DNA of 62,683 bases, filler included, from Atractiella rhizophila (lineage: Eukaryota), in NCBI GenBank assembly GCA_021432655.1. It is 4 parts of 4 records of this genome, joined end to end, with 100 filler letters (N's around TTAATTAATTAA, not from the genome) between each part and the next. Parts side by side here need not be neighbours in the genome. Positions count along the whole stretch, not along the records: positions 29,433 to 58,675 come from MU271723.1; 3 more parts are not named here. The stretch is one strand, 5' to 3'. This document shows positions 36,919 through 50,686 of this stretch, piece after piece. The notes beneath the pieces are model-generated. The model was given only the letters and a program-made list of their open reading frames with translations. It made no database searches and was not told the origin of the DNA. Positions within the stretch are counted from its first letter, which is position 1, and each line of letters begins with the position of its first letter. The translations under genes were made by a program, and so were the position numbers.

Positions 36919-38234
36919 TTAAAAGGGTACAATCTCTACCAACCGCCGAACCAAATCCCTAAGATCTCTTGCCCTGATCCGACTCGTCTCAAGGACCTCT
37001 TCATGGTTCGCCTTTTCCGCCGTATCCTCCCGCTCCGTCCAATCGAAACTGATGTTCTCCCCTGCTTTCTCCTTTGCCACTTCCTCCTTTGCGGATCGGT
37101 AAGGGGTCAGGACTACGGCGTTGGTAACGAGGGAGAGAGCAAGGACATTCATCCCCTGTTCAGAATGGTAAATCAGTGCGTAGGACGATAAAAGGTGGAT
37201 ACACGAACCAAGTGCCGTGCTGCGATCACCTCTGGGACAGTGCTCATCCCCACCACGTCTGCTCCGTTTTCCTTCAAGAACCTCGCCTCCGCTCTCGTCT
37301 CATATGTTGGGCCAGTGACCTATCCAACCACCAATCAGCATCCCGCCACGAAACAAGAGTGCGGATTCTGGTATTTTCATCCTTAAATAGGAACATACCC
37401 ATCCATACACCCCTTCTCCAACATCGATCCCCCGTCCCTCGAAATCTAAATCCCTTACAGCTCTAAACACAGCCTTCCTCAATGGCCAGCTATAGGCATC
37501 TGAAACGGCTGTAAATCTTGGCCCTAAAGTATCGTCATTAGGTCCAAAGAGTGGATTGAGGTGTGAAGAGAGGGAGGGAATCCCAATGTGATCACGGAGG
37601 ACGAGGACAGAGCCGACTTTGAGAGAGGAATTGAGACCACCAGCTGCGTTGGTCACTAGTTCAAATGTCAGATAGATTTCTAGAGCATGAACGCGATATG
37701 CCGTACAGATAACAGATTTCACGCCGAGTTTGTGGAAGAGCCGGATGGGGAGAATGACATTCGATGGTGCATGACCCTCATAGGTGTGAAACCTGAAGAA
37801 TCCATCACGTCTTCATCCTTTGCCCAGCCATAAAGAAAGAAGACGCTCACCGTCCTAGCTGACAAATAACTGGAACCCTGTCTCCTCCCTCCGAACGCAA
37901 GTATCCGAAAGCAAAACAAGATCGATGTCCCACAACTACAGGTTTTCAATCTAAGTACTTCCCAACAATGAGAGAGGAAGACGCACCTGTAGCCTTGGGA
38001 AAGTCGTCAAGATCGGAATATTGAATCTCTACTTTGTCTTCAAGGATCTCTTCGAGCAGAGCAAGTCCAGATCCACACACTATTCCCAGTTTGGGAGCGC
38101 CTTGGGGCTACGCATTAGCTTGTCTGCCGTTTAAAGAGGAGGCAAGAAATAAACCAACCCAGCCATGGATACGCCTTATCCTGTGACGGCGTCCCGAGTT
38201 TGGAGTGAAGTAGAGCGGTGATGGAGGAGGACAT
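36919..38234 (-). CDS. PNP1: Purine nucleoside phosphorylase, spliced
   Basis: [53 protein letters not shown]. Confidence 0.95.
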
Positions 38235-38860
38235 GATGGGAAGCCGAAGGTAACAGGCAAGCGAACCTCAAGCTGGGATGAGACTGTAATACGAAAGGTA
38301 ATGGCACTGCTTTGGGTCCTCGGTGATTCTGACGCGCGCTGAAGGGGATAGAGATATCTGGTCGTCGATGCCTCACTAAAAAGGAGATGATGATAAAGCG
38401 GGACGATTGATGCATTTCCGATCTTGATAAACAAACGACGAAGGGGTTTGCATATTGGAGGAACATCAAATAGCGCCTGGTTGTAGGATTTGGCATGCGG
38501 GAAAGCCTTCCTTCGTCCGCGCTCATCCTCTCCTTGGCTATTTGATGGGTCTGAAGTCTATTGGAGTGAACCGAAGAAACTTCCTTAGGTTCTCCCCTTA
38601 TTTACAGTTGTCTCCCATTGCAAGGATTCTTCGATTCCCTCGCAAGGATATTGGTGTTTGGAGGAGTTCTTACATGATCTGCTCTGACGCCGGGTTAAAG
38701 TGGAGAGAGCGAAGGAGACTACCATCAACTGCTAGACGAGATCCCTATTGAAGAGACAGATAAAAGTGCTGAATTGACACTGGATCATGAAAGCGGACGA
38801 ACCTGAAGACACTGCCGACATGAAGCTCCACAAAAGTCGAAAAGTCGAGGAAGATTTCAT

Positions 38861-40714
38861 CTAATTATATGCCTGTACCCAGAGGAGCTGAGTTGCACGG
38901 AGTGTCTTTCGCCGTTTGTTAGGCCGTTCAGTCACCTTTTCTGCGATGTTTAATGCACTATGAAGATGATACCGTCCAATTGTACCATCATTTCCTACCT
39001 GTACTTCGCTCCTCCTCACATGTACCTGCGGAGAGAACCTGAATCTTGATGCTGTCGGTTTTGGTGACGTGCTGAAACAGCTCATCACGCAGATGCGAAG
39101 AGTCTATGATAGGGACCTTGTTGACTATGTCGAGAACAATGTGCAGGTTGTCTCAGGTTCAGAAATACAACGATTTATTCTCATGTTTACAACTGCGAAA
39201 GTTCCAAGAAAACAATTGTATTCTTGTAACGTAACACATCTTACACTGAGGAAGAGAAAATACAGTCAGTTCTACAAGATGCTGAACGATGAGAATGCTC
39301 AACAATGCGTCAAGAATTACTCAGAGACTTGAACGAAACCAAACCAACGTAAGCTTGCACATGCAAGCATCCATATATGTGATGGCAAAGATGGTCACTG
39401 TGAAGAACATAGACTGTTTCCAGTCTCATCAGGTTGCGTATCTTCCGACCTTGAGGTTGAGGCAGCCCGCGATCTATAACGTTGTGATGTCAGATAAAGA
39501 TGTAGTAAAAGATGCGAGAGATTGACACACCCGCCGCCTACCTCTACCACTACGTTCACCTTGCTTAACTTTGCTCTGAGCAGGTCCAACAGCCATTCCT
39601 TCTCTTCTGACGTCAAAGCGCGGGGAAACTTGCACTGCTCCACGAGTCCGTTTGCAAAAGCACCTCCTAATGTGAGAACGTGTTCAGGCGGAGTGCGATC
39701 CTCCGTGTCTTCGTGTCTACGAGCAAACAGGTATCGGTTCCAAAGTTCATCGCGAAGAAGGAGCTGAACAAATCGATCCGCGCCAGGATCCTCGTCTTCG
39801 GCTGGGCCTATGATTGCGGTTAGAAGAAGCCAGCAGCAGAGTTGAAAGCAGGAGACAGACCTTTGCCGCCATATCGATAGTTGGGATCGGGGATCGAAGA
39901 ACGCACCACTACAGGAAATTTTGGCGTCGAAGCGGAATGATAGAGTAAAATACAAACCTTCCCTGACTATCATAATGGCTAATTTGTCTATGAAGGACAC
40001 CATTGCAGTTTCTGGCACGTTGGACGGATCTGGTGAGGAGGGAGGGGATAACATCATGATCCTTTGAAAGGTGAGCAAAGACCTGATTCGAGACATAAGT
40101 TTTGGCATTCTGTAAGAATGGCGTCTCTCCCAGTATTCGTCAAGAGATCGTCGCGTTTCAGCTCGGTGGGCATGGAAATAACCTTGAAGCTTTGTCTTCT
40201 CCTTCTTTATCTTCTTATTTTCTTTCCTCAGGGCGTCAATTTCTTTCTCCAATTTTTGGCAGAGGTTCTTTGCACATCCTAAATCCTTCTCAGCCTGATA
40301 AAGATCCAGCCTAAGGTCCTCCTTCTTGACAGCGGAAGTCACTGACTCGTCGTTTTTCTTCACTGAAGCCTTCCATTCGGCAATCAAGCTTCTCCCCGAC
40401 AAAACTTTGACCCCAGAGACAAACCGGTAAAGACTGGAAAAGTTACGCTCAGCCTCGTTATACATCCTGAAATTATCGTCTCGCTCGTGGCGCAAGCGTT
40501 CGATCTCTTGACGGTCCTCCTCGCGATGAGCGTTTAAAATGGAATCGACTATGCAGATTACCCACTCTTCACGAGGCGATGGAGGCTGCTGGTCCATTGG
40601 AGACGCGGCGGGACTCGGAAGGAGCAGAGAATCAGCTGGACGTTTCAAATTCTTCGGCAGGGTTTCTGATGAAGGGAGAAGTGCGAATGCCCCTGAAGCG
40701 CAGACTTTGTTCAT
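38861..40714 (-). CDS. Hypothetical protein with a coiled-coil region, spliced
   Basis: 474-aa open frame with heptad-like stretch LEKEIDALRKENKKIKKEK, plus downstream exon-like segments. Confidence 0.6.
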
Positions 40715-41213
40715 AAGGTTTAGATGGGACTGAGTTCTTGGACCAAGAAATGGTTTAAAGCGCAGGTGTGAGAGAAAATCGTGGACCTGCAAAGTTTGCT
40801 TTTTAGTTGTAATATTCAATTGATTGAGTGGGTGTGGAATCTACCAAATTGAAAGTATAGGATATTGTCGAGTCTTAGACCGTGAACTCGATCGTGAATT
40901 GTCAACGATACAAGTCCGTTAAAATGTATCTTTGGAGAGGTGGATTGAGTGTTTCTGGGCGATAATCCACATCAAAGCGGCAAGCACTTTTATACAACAG
41001 GTTGAAAGCCCCTTTGCTCCCATCTCCCATGTTATCCCGACTTCACGTGAACAGGACTCTGGGGGCTGGGACTCTGGGGGCGCGACTGTCCAAAACAACC
41101 CTCCATTCAATTGACACCTCCCAAGAATCCTGCTCAGAGTCCCATTCCAATCATTGCTGTTACTTTATTTAAACTGAAGGGTTTCTTGCGAAGCTTTTAA
41201 CCACAATTTCAGG

Positions 41214-42359
41214 ATGTCATCGCGATTGATAATATTGATTCCCAACGATCCTCTCGACCGTCTCCAAAACGCCAACCTCTCTCGCGAGGATATGGCAGAA
41301 ATTCGACAGATACGACAGGATTACGAGGAAATGAACCAGGGATATGAGCGAATTAGGGCTATGGGCGATGAAATGCGAGAGATTCTGCAAAATGTAGAAA
41401 GTGGCGTGCTGTCCGCCATCTCAGAGATGAAAGCCTATAATGAGAATCGGAGGGCTTGTACAGAGCCGATCCATAATGACGAGATTCCAAAGAGGATTCA
41501 GGTGAAGAAGAAGAAAGAAGGTGTGATAGAAGTATGGTTGGAGGCGGAGTCCGGAGGTGAGCTCCCTTTGCCTTGGGAGAGATGGAAGTGATACTTCAGT
41601 CTCAGTCTGGCCGTCAGCCGTTTCTGGATGGAACGAAGAATTCGCAGAGACAACGGAGAAACCTATTCCGTCCCCTTGTAAGTGCTCCTACTCAAGTCTC
41701 TTATTATATTATATCCAAGTTGTAATTGGGGATACAATTGCAGATATCTTTGAAATCGTTCGAGAGCCTCTCTTGCTCAAATTCTTTAACACACCGCATG
41801 GAAGGAATATGTGGCTCCCCTCCATACTGGAACGCTTGAGGCAAAAGTATAACGAAGCCGAAGAGTGCTTTTATTATATTTTCTGGAATGGGACGAAGAT
41901 TTACTTCACTAAGTACACATACGGCCAAGGTTAGTTTCGCCGTCCCCTCTCGCTGGCGTAACTATAATCTGTGGCAGTGCTGTGGTACCATCCCAAGTCA
42001 GGAACGTCTGGCGCCGTCGAGTTCAACGACATACCCCGTTACTGTGAGTTCCTCTCATTCCCCTCCTCCAGGATTACATGCTCAAAGCACAAAACTGGAT
42101 AGCTGGGTATAACACTCGTGCCGGACGAAACGAAGCGCTTCTTCCTTACGCGAAGCCTTCGGACGACATTCCTGACAGAAGGCAGAAGGGTAAAAAACCA
42201 CGTCCGTTGAAGTACAGGATCCTTCGAGCCATCCGCGAGTTGGGACCAATGTCAGCTGCAGATCACATAGAGCTTATGATTGAAGACGATAAGTATATTT
42301 ACGGTGATGACAACGCTTTGTTGTCAACGACGACCACAAGGTCCTCTTCGAGCTCCTGA
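41214..42359 (+). CDS. Hypothetical protein, spliced
   Basis: Successive ORFs (41214-41591, 41557-41934, 42078-42359) separated by GT..AG intron-like segments. Confidence 0.5.
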
Positions 42360-42738
42360 ACTGCCAATTTTGTGTGGTTGCTCACAGCGATCATAATCGA
42401 TCGCCTATTCTTTTCTTATTGGTCTGCTTCTCTTTCTCCTCATTTCATGCTGCACGATTATTCTATTTGATTTGTCTCCTATCTTTATTTCCTCAGCATG
42501 TTGTTGTACACGAAAGCTTCTCAAGTTCACTCGTGATCTTTATATCCATTGCTTGTAGTGTACCTCAAATTAATGCAATTAACGAAGTGTTAAATTAGTA
42601 TCTTCCCGAGGTCCAGTTCGATGTTAAAACTCAAGTCTGAGATCCCGTATTCCAGTCCATCAGACAATCCTCCAACATTTCTAGCATCACGTAGGCAAGC
42701 GGATTGGAGTTGGCTACAATTCCATTGCGCATCGTCGT

Positions 42739-43441
42739 CTACGCAATTTGAATATCAACAACTCCCTCCCTAGTCAACTGATCGTACAGCTCCCTCCCCA
42801 ACTCGTCCTCCCCAAAATCATCCGGTCGTCCATACCTCGCATTCCTTCTCATCTTCAACTCTAATAGTCCCACCTTGATCCTTATCGGTACAGTCCCAAA
42901 GAGGTGTTTCTGTAGCTCGTAATTCTCCACCATGTGCTTGTGCAGAATGTCCTCCATCTCCATCATGTGCCTCAGGTCGGCACCCATTAGACGCTTTGTT
43001 GCCTCGACGAGGGAGGAAGGGGAGGAAGCATGCTCGAGCTGATATCGCGTAGCAGCTCTGAGGCGCATCAAGAGTCAGCATCATCGATTGCTCTTTTTTT
43101 GGTAGAGGAAAAGGAAAAGGCGCAGAGGAGACGAACTTACCTAGCTCCATGTTGTCTACTCAGCCAGTTCCAATCTGCCAGCCAGAGCGGTCCCACGGTG
43201 ACCAAAGTAAAGAGCACCCTCCTGCCTAACATATTCCTCTTGACCATTCGGTCCAACGCAGCTCCATGCGGCGAGTCTGTTTTCGGGAGCGATTGGAGGG
43301 AGGCGGGGAGACGAAAGAGCCAGCGGAAGAGGAATGTGTTGTTGGGAAATGTTGAGGGGGAGCGGAAGAGGAGAGAGCCGGAGAGATAGAGGAAAAAGAC
43401 GGAGGTTAGGCCGCGATGGAGAAGGGTGCGCTCACGACCAT
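42739..43441 (-). CDS. Hypothetical small protein, spliced; start uncertain
   Basis: A GTAAGT..CTCAG intron (~43141-43058) joins ..LSRQHGAR to AATRYQLEH.. in frame. Confidence 0.5.
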
Positions 43442-44487
43442 AGTCTAGACCGTCCTAGAGGAGGGGTTAGACTTGCATTGCAAACTTGTGATCATTCGGC
43501 TGCGCGATACTAAAGAAGTAGTTTCTGGTAGAAAGCTCATAGGATAATTCCTCTTTTTGAGAATTTCGGTTGAGAATGGAGCGCGCTTGAAATCTGCGGC
43601 CCACTCTTACCTCTAACATTACAACTGCCAATCTGGTCATCATTTGTGCCTGACTCTTTGCATAGAAAAGCCACCTTGTTTCACATGAATATTGACGTAA
43701 CGTCGCTAAAGACAATACTATCATATATGACAACAGGTGAAAGAGTTCTCTATACTAAATCGTTTAGGTTTCCGCAATGGTTTGATACAATTGCCTCGCT
43801 GTTTAAGGCAAGTCTAACAAGTGTAAAACCTCTGCTTTGATTCTTCAATTTCGCTGAGCAGACCGCTCTCTAACATGGTATTGCAAACAGGAAGGCTCAA
43901 ATAATATTCGGGCATTGTCCTTCAAAGTATCTTAGCTAGTTGACAGCTCCTTGAGCTATTTTATCATGTGCCCTCAAAGACATTTGGATGGTCAGAGCTG
44001 GGAGCTCACATGAAGCAGGTGGAGGAAACAAGACTATCTATAATAAAAAAAGCGTCGCGAAATGAGGCACGTACAAAATACGCCTTTCTGTCACGTTCGC
44101 TCAAGAAATTACTCGGGAGCGGTGGGAGTTGCATGAGCGAGTGGGGTGTCACTTTTAATTCTTCCTGCCCACCACCTCGCATTCCAGAAAAGTGACTTAA
44201 GTCCGGTGATTGGATGGACAGAGAAGGGCGAGGCGGCTTGGAGTCCATCTTGATTGGTGTAAATTGTAGTAGCGCGGTGGCAATGGCAAGGAAGCATAGG
44301 TGCACTATCCGGTGGTTCAAACTACAGGTCTTGTCGGCGTTTGTCCGGCTGATGATCGGTGATGACACGCCGCATCCCGTAGCGTGACAGAAAGAAGTTG
44401 AAAAAGTTACGCGTAACGAGCTCACTCAGCCAAAGTCCATCTCGCCTCCTCAACTCTGCTTCCATTCCAGCCTGCCTCCACAGCGAC

Positions 44488-47400
44488 ATGATCACCCGAA
44501 TCTCACGCCGCCCGCTTGCTCACCTCCGCCATGCCCAGCTCCAGGCCAGCTTCCACACCATTCCGCCACGCCTCGCGACTCAGCAGACAAGGAGCGTGGG
44601 AGTCCCGAAATGGATCAATGCCGGGCCACTAGCTAGTGCTTCGAATGCACGTTCAAGCTCGTTAATACATGCGGACGCACAGGGTTCGTCTCCTTCGTCG
44701 TTGGGTGGTGTTGGTGGTGGTGCTGTTGGAGGTGGAAGTGGAAGTGGAGAGGGCGACGATGGGAACAGTGGGAAGAAAAAGGGAGAGGAGGTAGAGGAAG
44801 TGGCTAAAGAGGAGAAGGAGGCAGAAGAAGAGGAAACCAAAGAGGTCAAAGAGGTCAAAGAGAAGGCTAAGGAGAAAGAGAAAGAGCCGGAGAAGAAACC
44901 ATCGACTACGGCCATTCAATCGTCGTCATCGTCGCCCCGTCAGCGCTCCCTCATCTCCCCATACACAGTCACAAGTGTGACGGTCGGTCGCACCGTGCAA
45001 CCGGTCCAGGTCCCTGATTTTTACCCTCAAGTCCTCGTTCTGCCTATCGCCAAACGACCCATCTTTCCTGGATTCTACAAAGCTATGATTGTTCGCAACC
45101 CCGCTGTCATCGCTGCCATTACGGAGGCGTTCAATAGAGGTCCCGCTTATGTCGGAGCATTCTTGCTCAAGGACGAAGCAGCCGAACTAGACGTGTAAGT
45201 TGTTCACTCTAACCGTGAGACGAATTTGGGACGAACTTGATGAGATTGCATGATGCTTTATGTTAATATCTGTTTTGTACCTAGAATTGAACGAGTGGAC
45301 CAAGTGCACGACGTCGGCGTTTTCGCTCACGTAACTGCCATCTATCCCTCCGCCCCCAGCGGCTCTTCCGCATCACAGTCCGCCGTCAATGCAGTATTGA
45401 ACCAATCCGACCCCTCTTCCTCCTCTCCATCCGAAACGCCAGAGTCCATCACCTTGGTCCTACACCCGACAAGGAGGATCAAGATCACTGAACTCCTGCC
45501 ACCCAGGGCAGGCAAGGGTGTGGAGAAGGCGGTGGAGGTTATTAGGGAGGAGATTCCGTTGTCGGATGCGAATGCATCGAAGGCGAAGGAAGTGGAGGAG
45601 GGAGAGGAAGGGAGGAAGGAGGAGGATGCTGTGGAGCCAGAAGAATCGACATACCAAACATCGTTCCTGCAAGACTTTGAAGTCTCGATAGCCAACGTGG
45701 AGAACTACGACGAGCTCTCCTCGCCCATTCCTACCGATTTAGACACTCCAGAGTTCCAGACGCAAAGAGCGACGATGGGCGAGATCCTGGAGACTCTGAA
45801 GCAGATGACGACTTACTCCCATCTGCTCAGAGACCAGATTGCGAATTTCTCACAGACCCCAGGCACGACGGAAGTGTTCCAAGACCCGGTCAAGCTTGCC
45901 GATTTCTGCGCAGCCATTTGTCTGGGAGAACCAGCCGAACTCCAGGCTATTTTGGCGAGCACAGACCTGAGCGAGAGACTGAGGATTGCTTTGACGGTAT
46001 TGAAGAAGGAACTCATGAATTCGGAACTGCAAGCGAAGATTTCGAAGGATGTCGAAGGTAATATACAAAAGAGACAGAGGGAATACTTCTTGATGGAACA
46101 GTTAAGGGCTATCAAGAAAGATTTGGGTGTCGAGAGCGATGGGAAGGAGAGATTGGTACAGAAGTTCAGGGAGAAGGCTGAAGAACTCAATATGCCCGAT
46201 CATGTCAAGGTCATCTTTGAGGAGGAACTCAACCGACTTCAACATCTCGAACCAGTCGCGAGCGAATTCAACGTCACTCGCAACTATGTCGATTGGCTCA
46301 CACAGATTCCATGGGGAAAGCATAGCGTGGAGAACTTGGACATCAAGAATGCGGTCAAGGTTTTGGATGAGGATCATTACGGATTGCAGGAGGTCAAGGA
46401 TCGCATACTTGAGTTTTTGGCGGTTGGAAAGTTGAGGGGTAAGGTGGACGGGAAGATCCTTTGCTTCGTCGGACCGCCTGGTGTCGGTGCGTCTTTCGTA
46501 CCATCCTTCTTTTACTCTCGATTGGCTCATGAAGAAGAGCAGGCAAAACGTCAATCGGCAAATCCATAGCGCGAGCTTTGAACCGCCAATTCTTCCGCTT
46601 CTCAGTCGGAGGTTTAACAGATGTAGCAGAGATCAAGGGTCATCGAAGGACATACGTGGGAGCGATGCCGGGGAAGATGATCCAAGCTTTGAAGAAGGTT
46701 CAGGCCGAGAACCCCCTCATTCTCATTGACGAAGTTGACAAGATTGGACGCGGCTACAATGGAGACCCTTCGTCCGCACTACTCGAAATGCTCGACCCGG
46801 AACAGAATGCTAGCTTCTTAGATCATTACCTCGACTGTCCAGTGGATCTTTCCAAAGTCCTTTTTGTCTGCACTGGTGCGTTCCTCACTGCGCTGGAGAT
46901 ATGTTAACTGAAATTTGCTTTAGCAAATGTCCTCGACACCATCCCTGCTCCACTATTGGATCGTATGGAAATCATGGAAGTCTCTGGCTACGTCGCCGAC
47001 GAGAAGATGGCCATCGCGTCTCAGTACCTCGGGCCGCAAGCGAAGGAGTCGACTGGTCTGACCAATGCTTCGGTGGAGCTTACAAAGGAGGCTCTCGAGG
47101 TCCTCATCCGCTACTATGCGCGAGAGTCTGGTGTTCGACGTCTCAAGCAGCTTATCGAGAAGGTGTATCGGAAGGCGGCCTTCAAAATTGTGCGAGATAT
47201 CGATGAAGCGGCAGAGAAGGAGGAGAAGGTGATCAAGGAACAAGGGGAGGAGGGACAAGTCGAGCCTGCAAGTTCGGTGCCTGTTGAGGGAGAAGTGAAG
47301 GAAGAAGTGAAGGAGAGCGAGAAAGTTGAACAGGAGAAGGAGACGGCGAAGGTGGAAGTTGACAAGGTGGAAAGCGCCGAGATTGCGGGCGAGAAGACAG

Positions 47401-48350
47401 AGAGCACAACGGTTGAAGGCGAAAAGACGACGACTACCACAACTGAGAGAAAGCCACTTGACATTCCGGAATCTGTCCAGCTGCGCATCACTCCGGACAA
47501 CCTCATTGATTATGTTGGACCTGCGGTCTACCAAAAGGATAGAATCTACACCAACCGCTGTCCAGCCGGCGTCTCGACAGGCTTGGGATATCTGGGTAAC
47601 GGCTCCGGAAGCGTCATGCCCATCGAAGTTTCGGTTTGTTCCCCTTCCTACTCATGGACCGGTTACTGATTGCACAATAGTCAATGCCAGGGAAGGGCGA
47701 CGTTCAGCTGACAGGAAAGCTCGGAGAGGTCATCAAGGAATCCGCTCAGATCGCTCTCACCTTCCTTAAATCGAATGCGTATGCTTTGGGACTTACAAAA
47801 GAACGAGATGACGATCTCATCTACAAACGGTCAATCCATCTTCACATGCCGGAAGGATCGATAGGCAAGGAAGGGCCTTCTGCCGGCACCGCTATCCTCA
47901 CTGCATTTACTTCCCTCTTTTCTGGGCACGGTCTTCCTTCTGAGCTTGGTGAGTCTTCTTTACACTCCAATCATTGCACCGACATTGATTATTTCTTGTC
48001 TTGTAGCGATGACTGGAGAAATGACGCTCGCCGGTCAAGTGCTGCCTGTTGGAGGATTGAAGGAGAAGATTCTCGCAGCTCATCGCGCAGGGATCAAGAC
48101 CATCATCGCGCCAGCGGCCAACAAGCCTGATATCGAGCACAACGTCCCAGATTCCGTTAAGGAGGGCATAACAATCATTTACGCAAACGATATTCGGGAC
48201 GTCCTCAAAGTGGCATTCGAAGGAACGCCGATAGTCGAGAAATTGAAAAATCTCAAGATGCCTGATAGGGAGGAAGTGAAAGACATTGAGCGCAGGGAGG
48301 CCGTCGAGAAGGGTGAATTTGAGACTCCTATCAGCGATGAGAAGAAGTGA
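44488..48350 (+). CDS. PIM1: Mitochondrial Lon protease, spliced
   Basis: Arg-rich presequence; [14 protein letters not shown]; Walker [25 protein letters not shown] catalytic Ser; PVGGLKEK catalytic Lys. Confidence 0.97.
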
Positions 48351-48743
48351 GTTGGGATATGGAAAGAAGCAACTCTTGCTGCATCCGACACATTTTGTAC
48401 TAACAACAAACAAAACAATCTCAAGGCAATCCTTTCATTGGTGCGCTGACCTTCGCCTTGCTTCTGCTCCCTTCTTTCTTTTTCTTTGTCTGCTGCTTGC
48501 TTGTTCCTAGACGGTTGCCGTGTATTTTTATCCATCATTGGACGTATACTCATTCAGTATCGCATTATATACTCTTGCTTTACTTCGAAGTGACTATTAA
48601 TTGTTGTGGATAGAAGGTGCTAGTGACCCTTTGCAACGCATTCTCCATTCTGCACTACGATTACTGTTACAATACAGAAACTGATACACGACGACACGGG
48701 TTGGTTATTCAAGAATTACTTTCGATTACGCATCGTGGTTCAC

Positions 48744-49641
48744 CTAGGCTTTCAGGAGCCTGGCGATCTCAGCATCGAAAGACTCTGGCTTGGTGGTGGA
48801 AGCGTAACGTGAAACCACTTTCCCTTCCTGTATCGTGGGCTCAGTCCATCACGGCGCTATGCTAGGAAGTAGCGAGACCTACCTTGTCGATGAGGAATTT
48901 CTCAAAGTTCCACTTGACAGAATGGATGCCGAATAATCCAGGTTTCTCGCTCTTGAGAAACTTGAACACTCTGTGGCTTCTCGTCAAAGATATCATATAT
49001 CAGGAACTATTAACGCGAACTCGTTTGCACCATCCCCATTCACATCCGTCTTCTTCATTACGGGAAATGTGACGCCGTAGTTAAGCTGACAGAAGATCGC
49101 ACTACAACATCATCACGCTCCGTTAATTTCTCCAGGCAAGGGACGGTTGGCGCATGGGAGAGCAAACGCACATCTCAGCATCTGATCCAGGCTCTTGATT
49201 GAATTGGTTGGAAGGGAATCCAACTACATCCCACCATAAGCCCTGTTAGATGACTGGAAGGTTGCGTACTGATCTCGAGCCCTGTCTAGACGAGTCAAAA
49301 ATGGTTATTGATCAAACGCAAAGGTGAGAACGCAAACCTTTATCCTTATATTTGTCGTAAACTGCTTGCAAACCTTCGTACTGCGGCGTCGTACTACATT
49401 TACTCGCCACTTTCATAGAAAGGAAATCCCGTTCACCAATTATTATTGCGGCGGTGAGGAAGAAAGTGGCGCACAGTTCACGATGAGGACCACTTTTCCT
49501 CGGAGCTGATCAAAGCTGTACTCATTTCCAGTTGGAGTGTCTGAAGATAGAAAAACAAAATCAAGTTATTACAGTAAATCCATCATGAGGACAGAATGGG
49601 GACAGACGCGCTTTCAGATCGTAGAAGGATGGCTTGCTCAT
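48744..49641 (-). CDS. GPX: Glutathione peroxidase (Gpx/Hyr1-type), many small exons
   Basis: [65 protein letters not shown]. Confidence 0.92.
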
Positions 49642-50686
49642 CCTGAATTCAGTTGTGGAGCTACTGGGAAACTGTGAAAACTCGCAGTCAAAGCGCAAGG
49701 GATGGACAAACAGGTGTTCTTTAGGCTGTACCGTTGAACGACCAGCGGAGTGGACAAAGTTGTTGCGAAAATCTTCGTCGTTGTTTGTTTCGATTGATGA
49801 CGTCATCAGCATGAGCAAGAAAGGAGGATGGCGAAAGGTGTTGAAAAAGTTTGACTAGTCGAAGTGGAACGCTGGACCATACTGATTACTGAGCTTCATT
49901 GAACACATTGTCCGCAGCTTCCTTCCTCCTCTGGCACAGCTCAGAACAGGTAGGGAGACCACCAAATTAACAACCTTCTTGATCACACCTAATACTGTAA
50001 CAGAGGGATGCGAGGAGCTCAACTAGTCGTTAATGGGTCAACACTCGTCACACTCGTCCAAGAATTCCGTCCAAGAATTCACTGCATGATATACCAATCT
50101 CCGCAGTTTCGGTTCACCAACTACCATCAACAACAAATGTCTTACTGCGACTTAGCCCTCTTGTTATCAAACTGGTGTCAGGAATTATGGCTACGGTTAC
50201 GACGAGTCTAACGCTAAAATACTTGGGTGGCAAGCTGCGAAATACTCGTCCATTGAGCCCGCTTCAAATGTGGAAGTTAAGTTCAAAGAACGTCGTACGC
50301 CGCGTAAGGGCCAAGGCTAGTGGTTGAGCAGAGTTAGGATAAGAGACGGGAGGAGGTACTCTCTGTCGTTTACATGATGATCAACAACGCGCCGTGTCCA
50401 TAAAGAACGCGTCGAAAAGTCGCCAGAACAAGACAACATCATACCTACAAGGGAAAAAGGGAAATAAGGGGTCCAGCGTCAAGAGTAGACCAAGCTTGTC
50501 CCGCGTTATTCGAGGTTCTATTTTGTCGAAGGATCCCACAATGGCATGAATAGTCTCAGCAGGTTGTCCCGCGGGCATGCAGCAGAAAGGCACGATCATC
50601 AACTGGCATCATAACTTCTTCCACCCACATCGACGAAGCAGTCATTTCTTTTCTCAGCCTTACAGAGTCATAGAAAAAGTGGCAGA

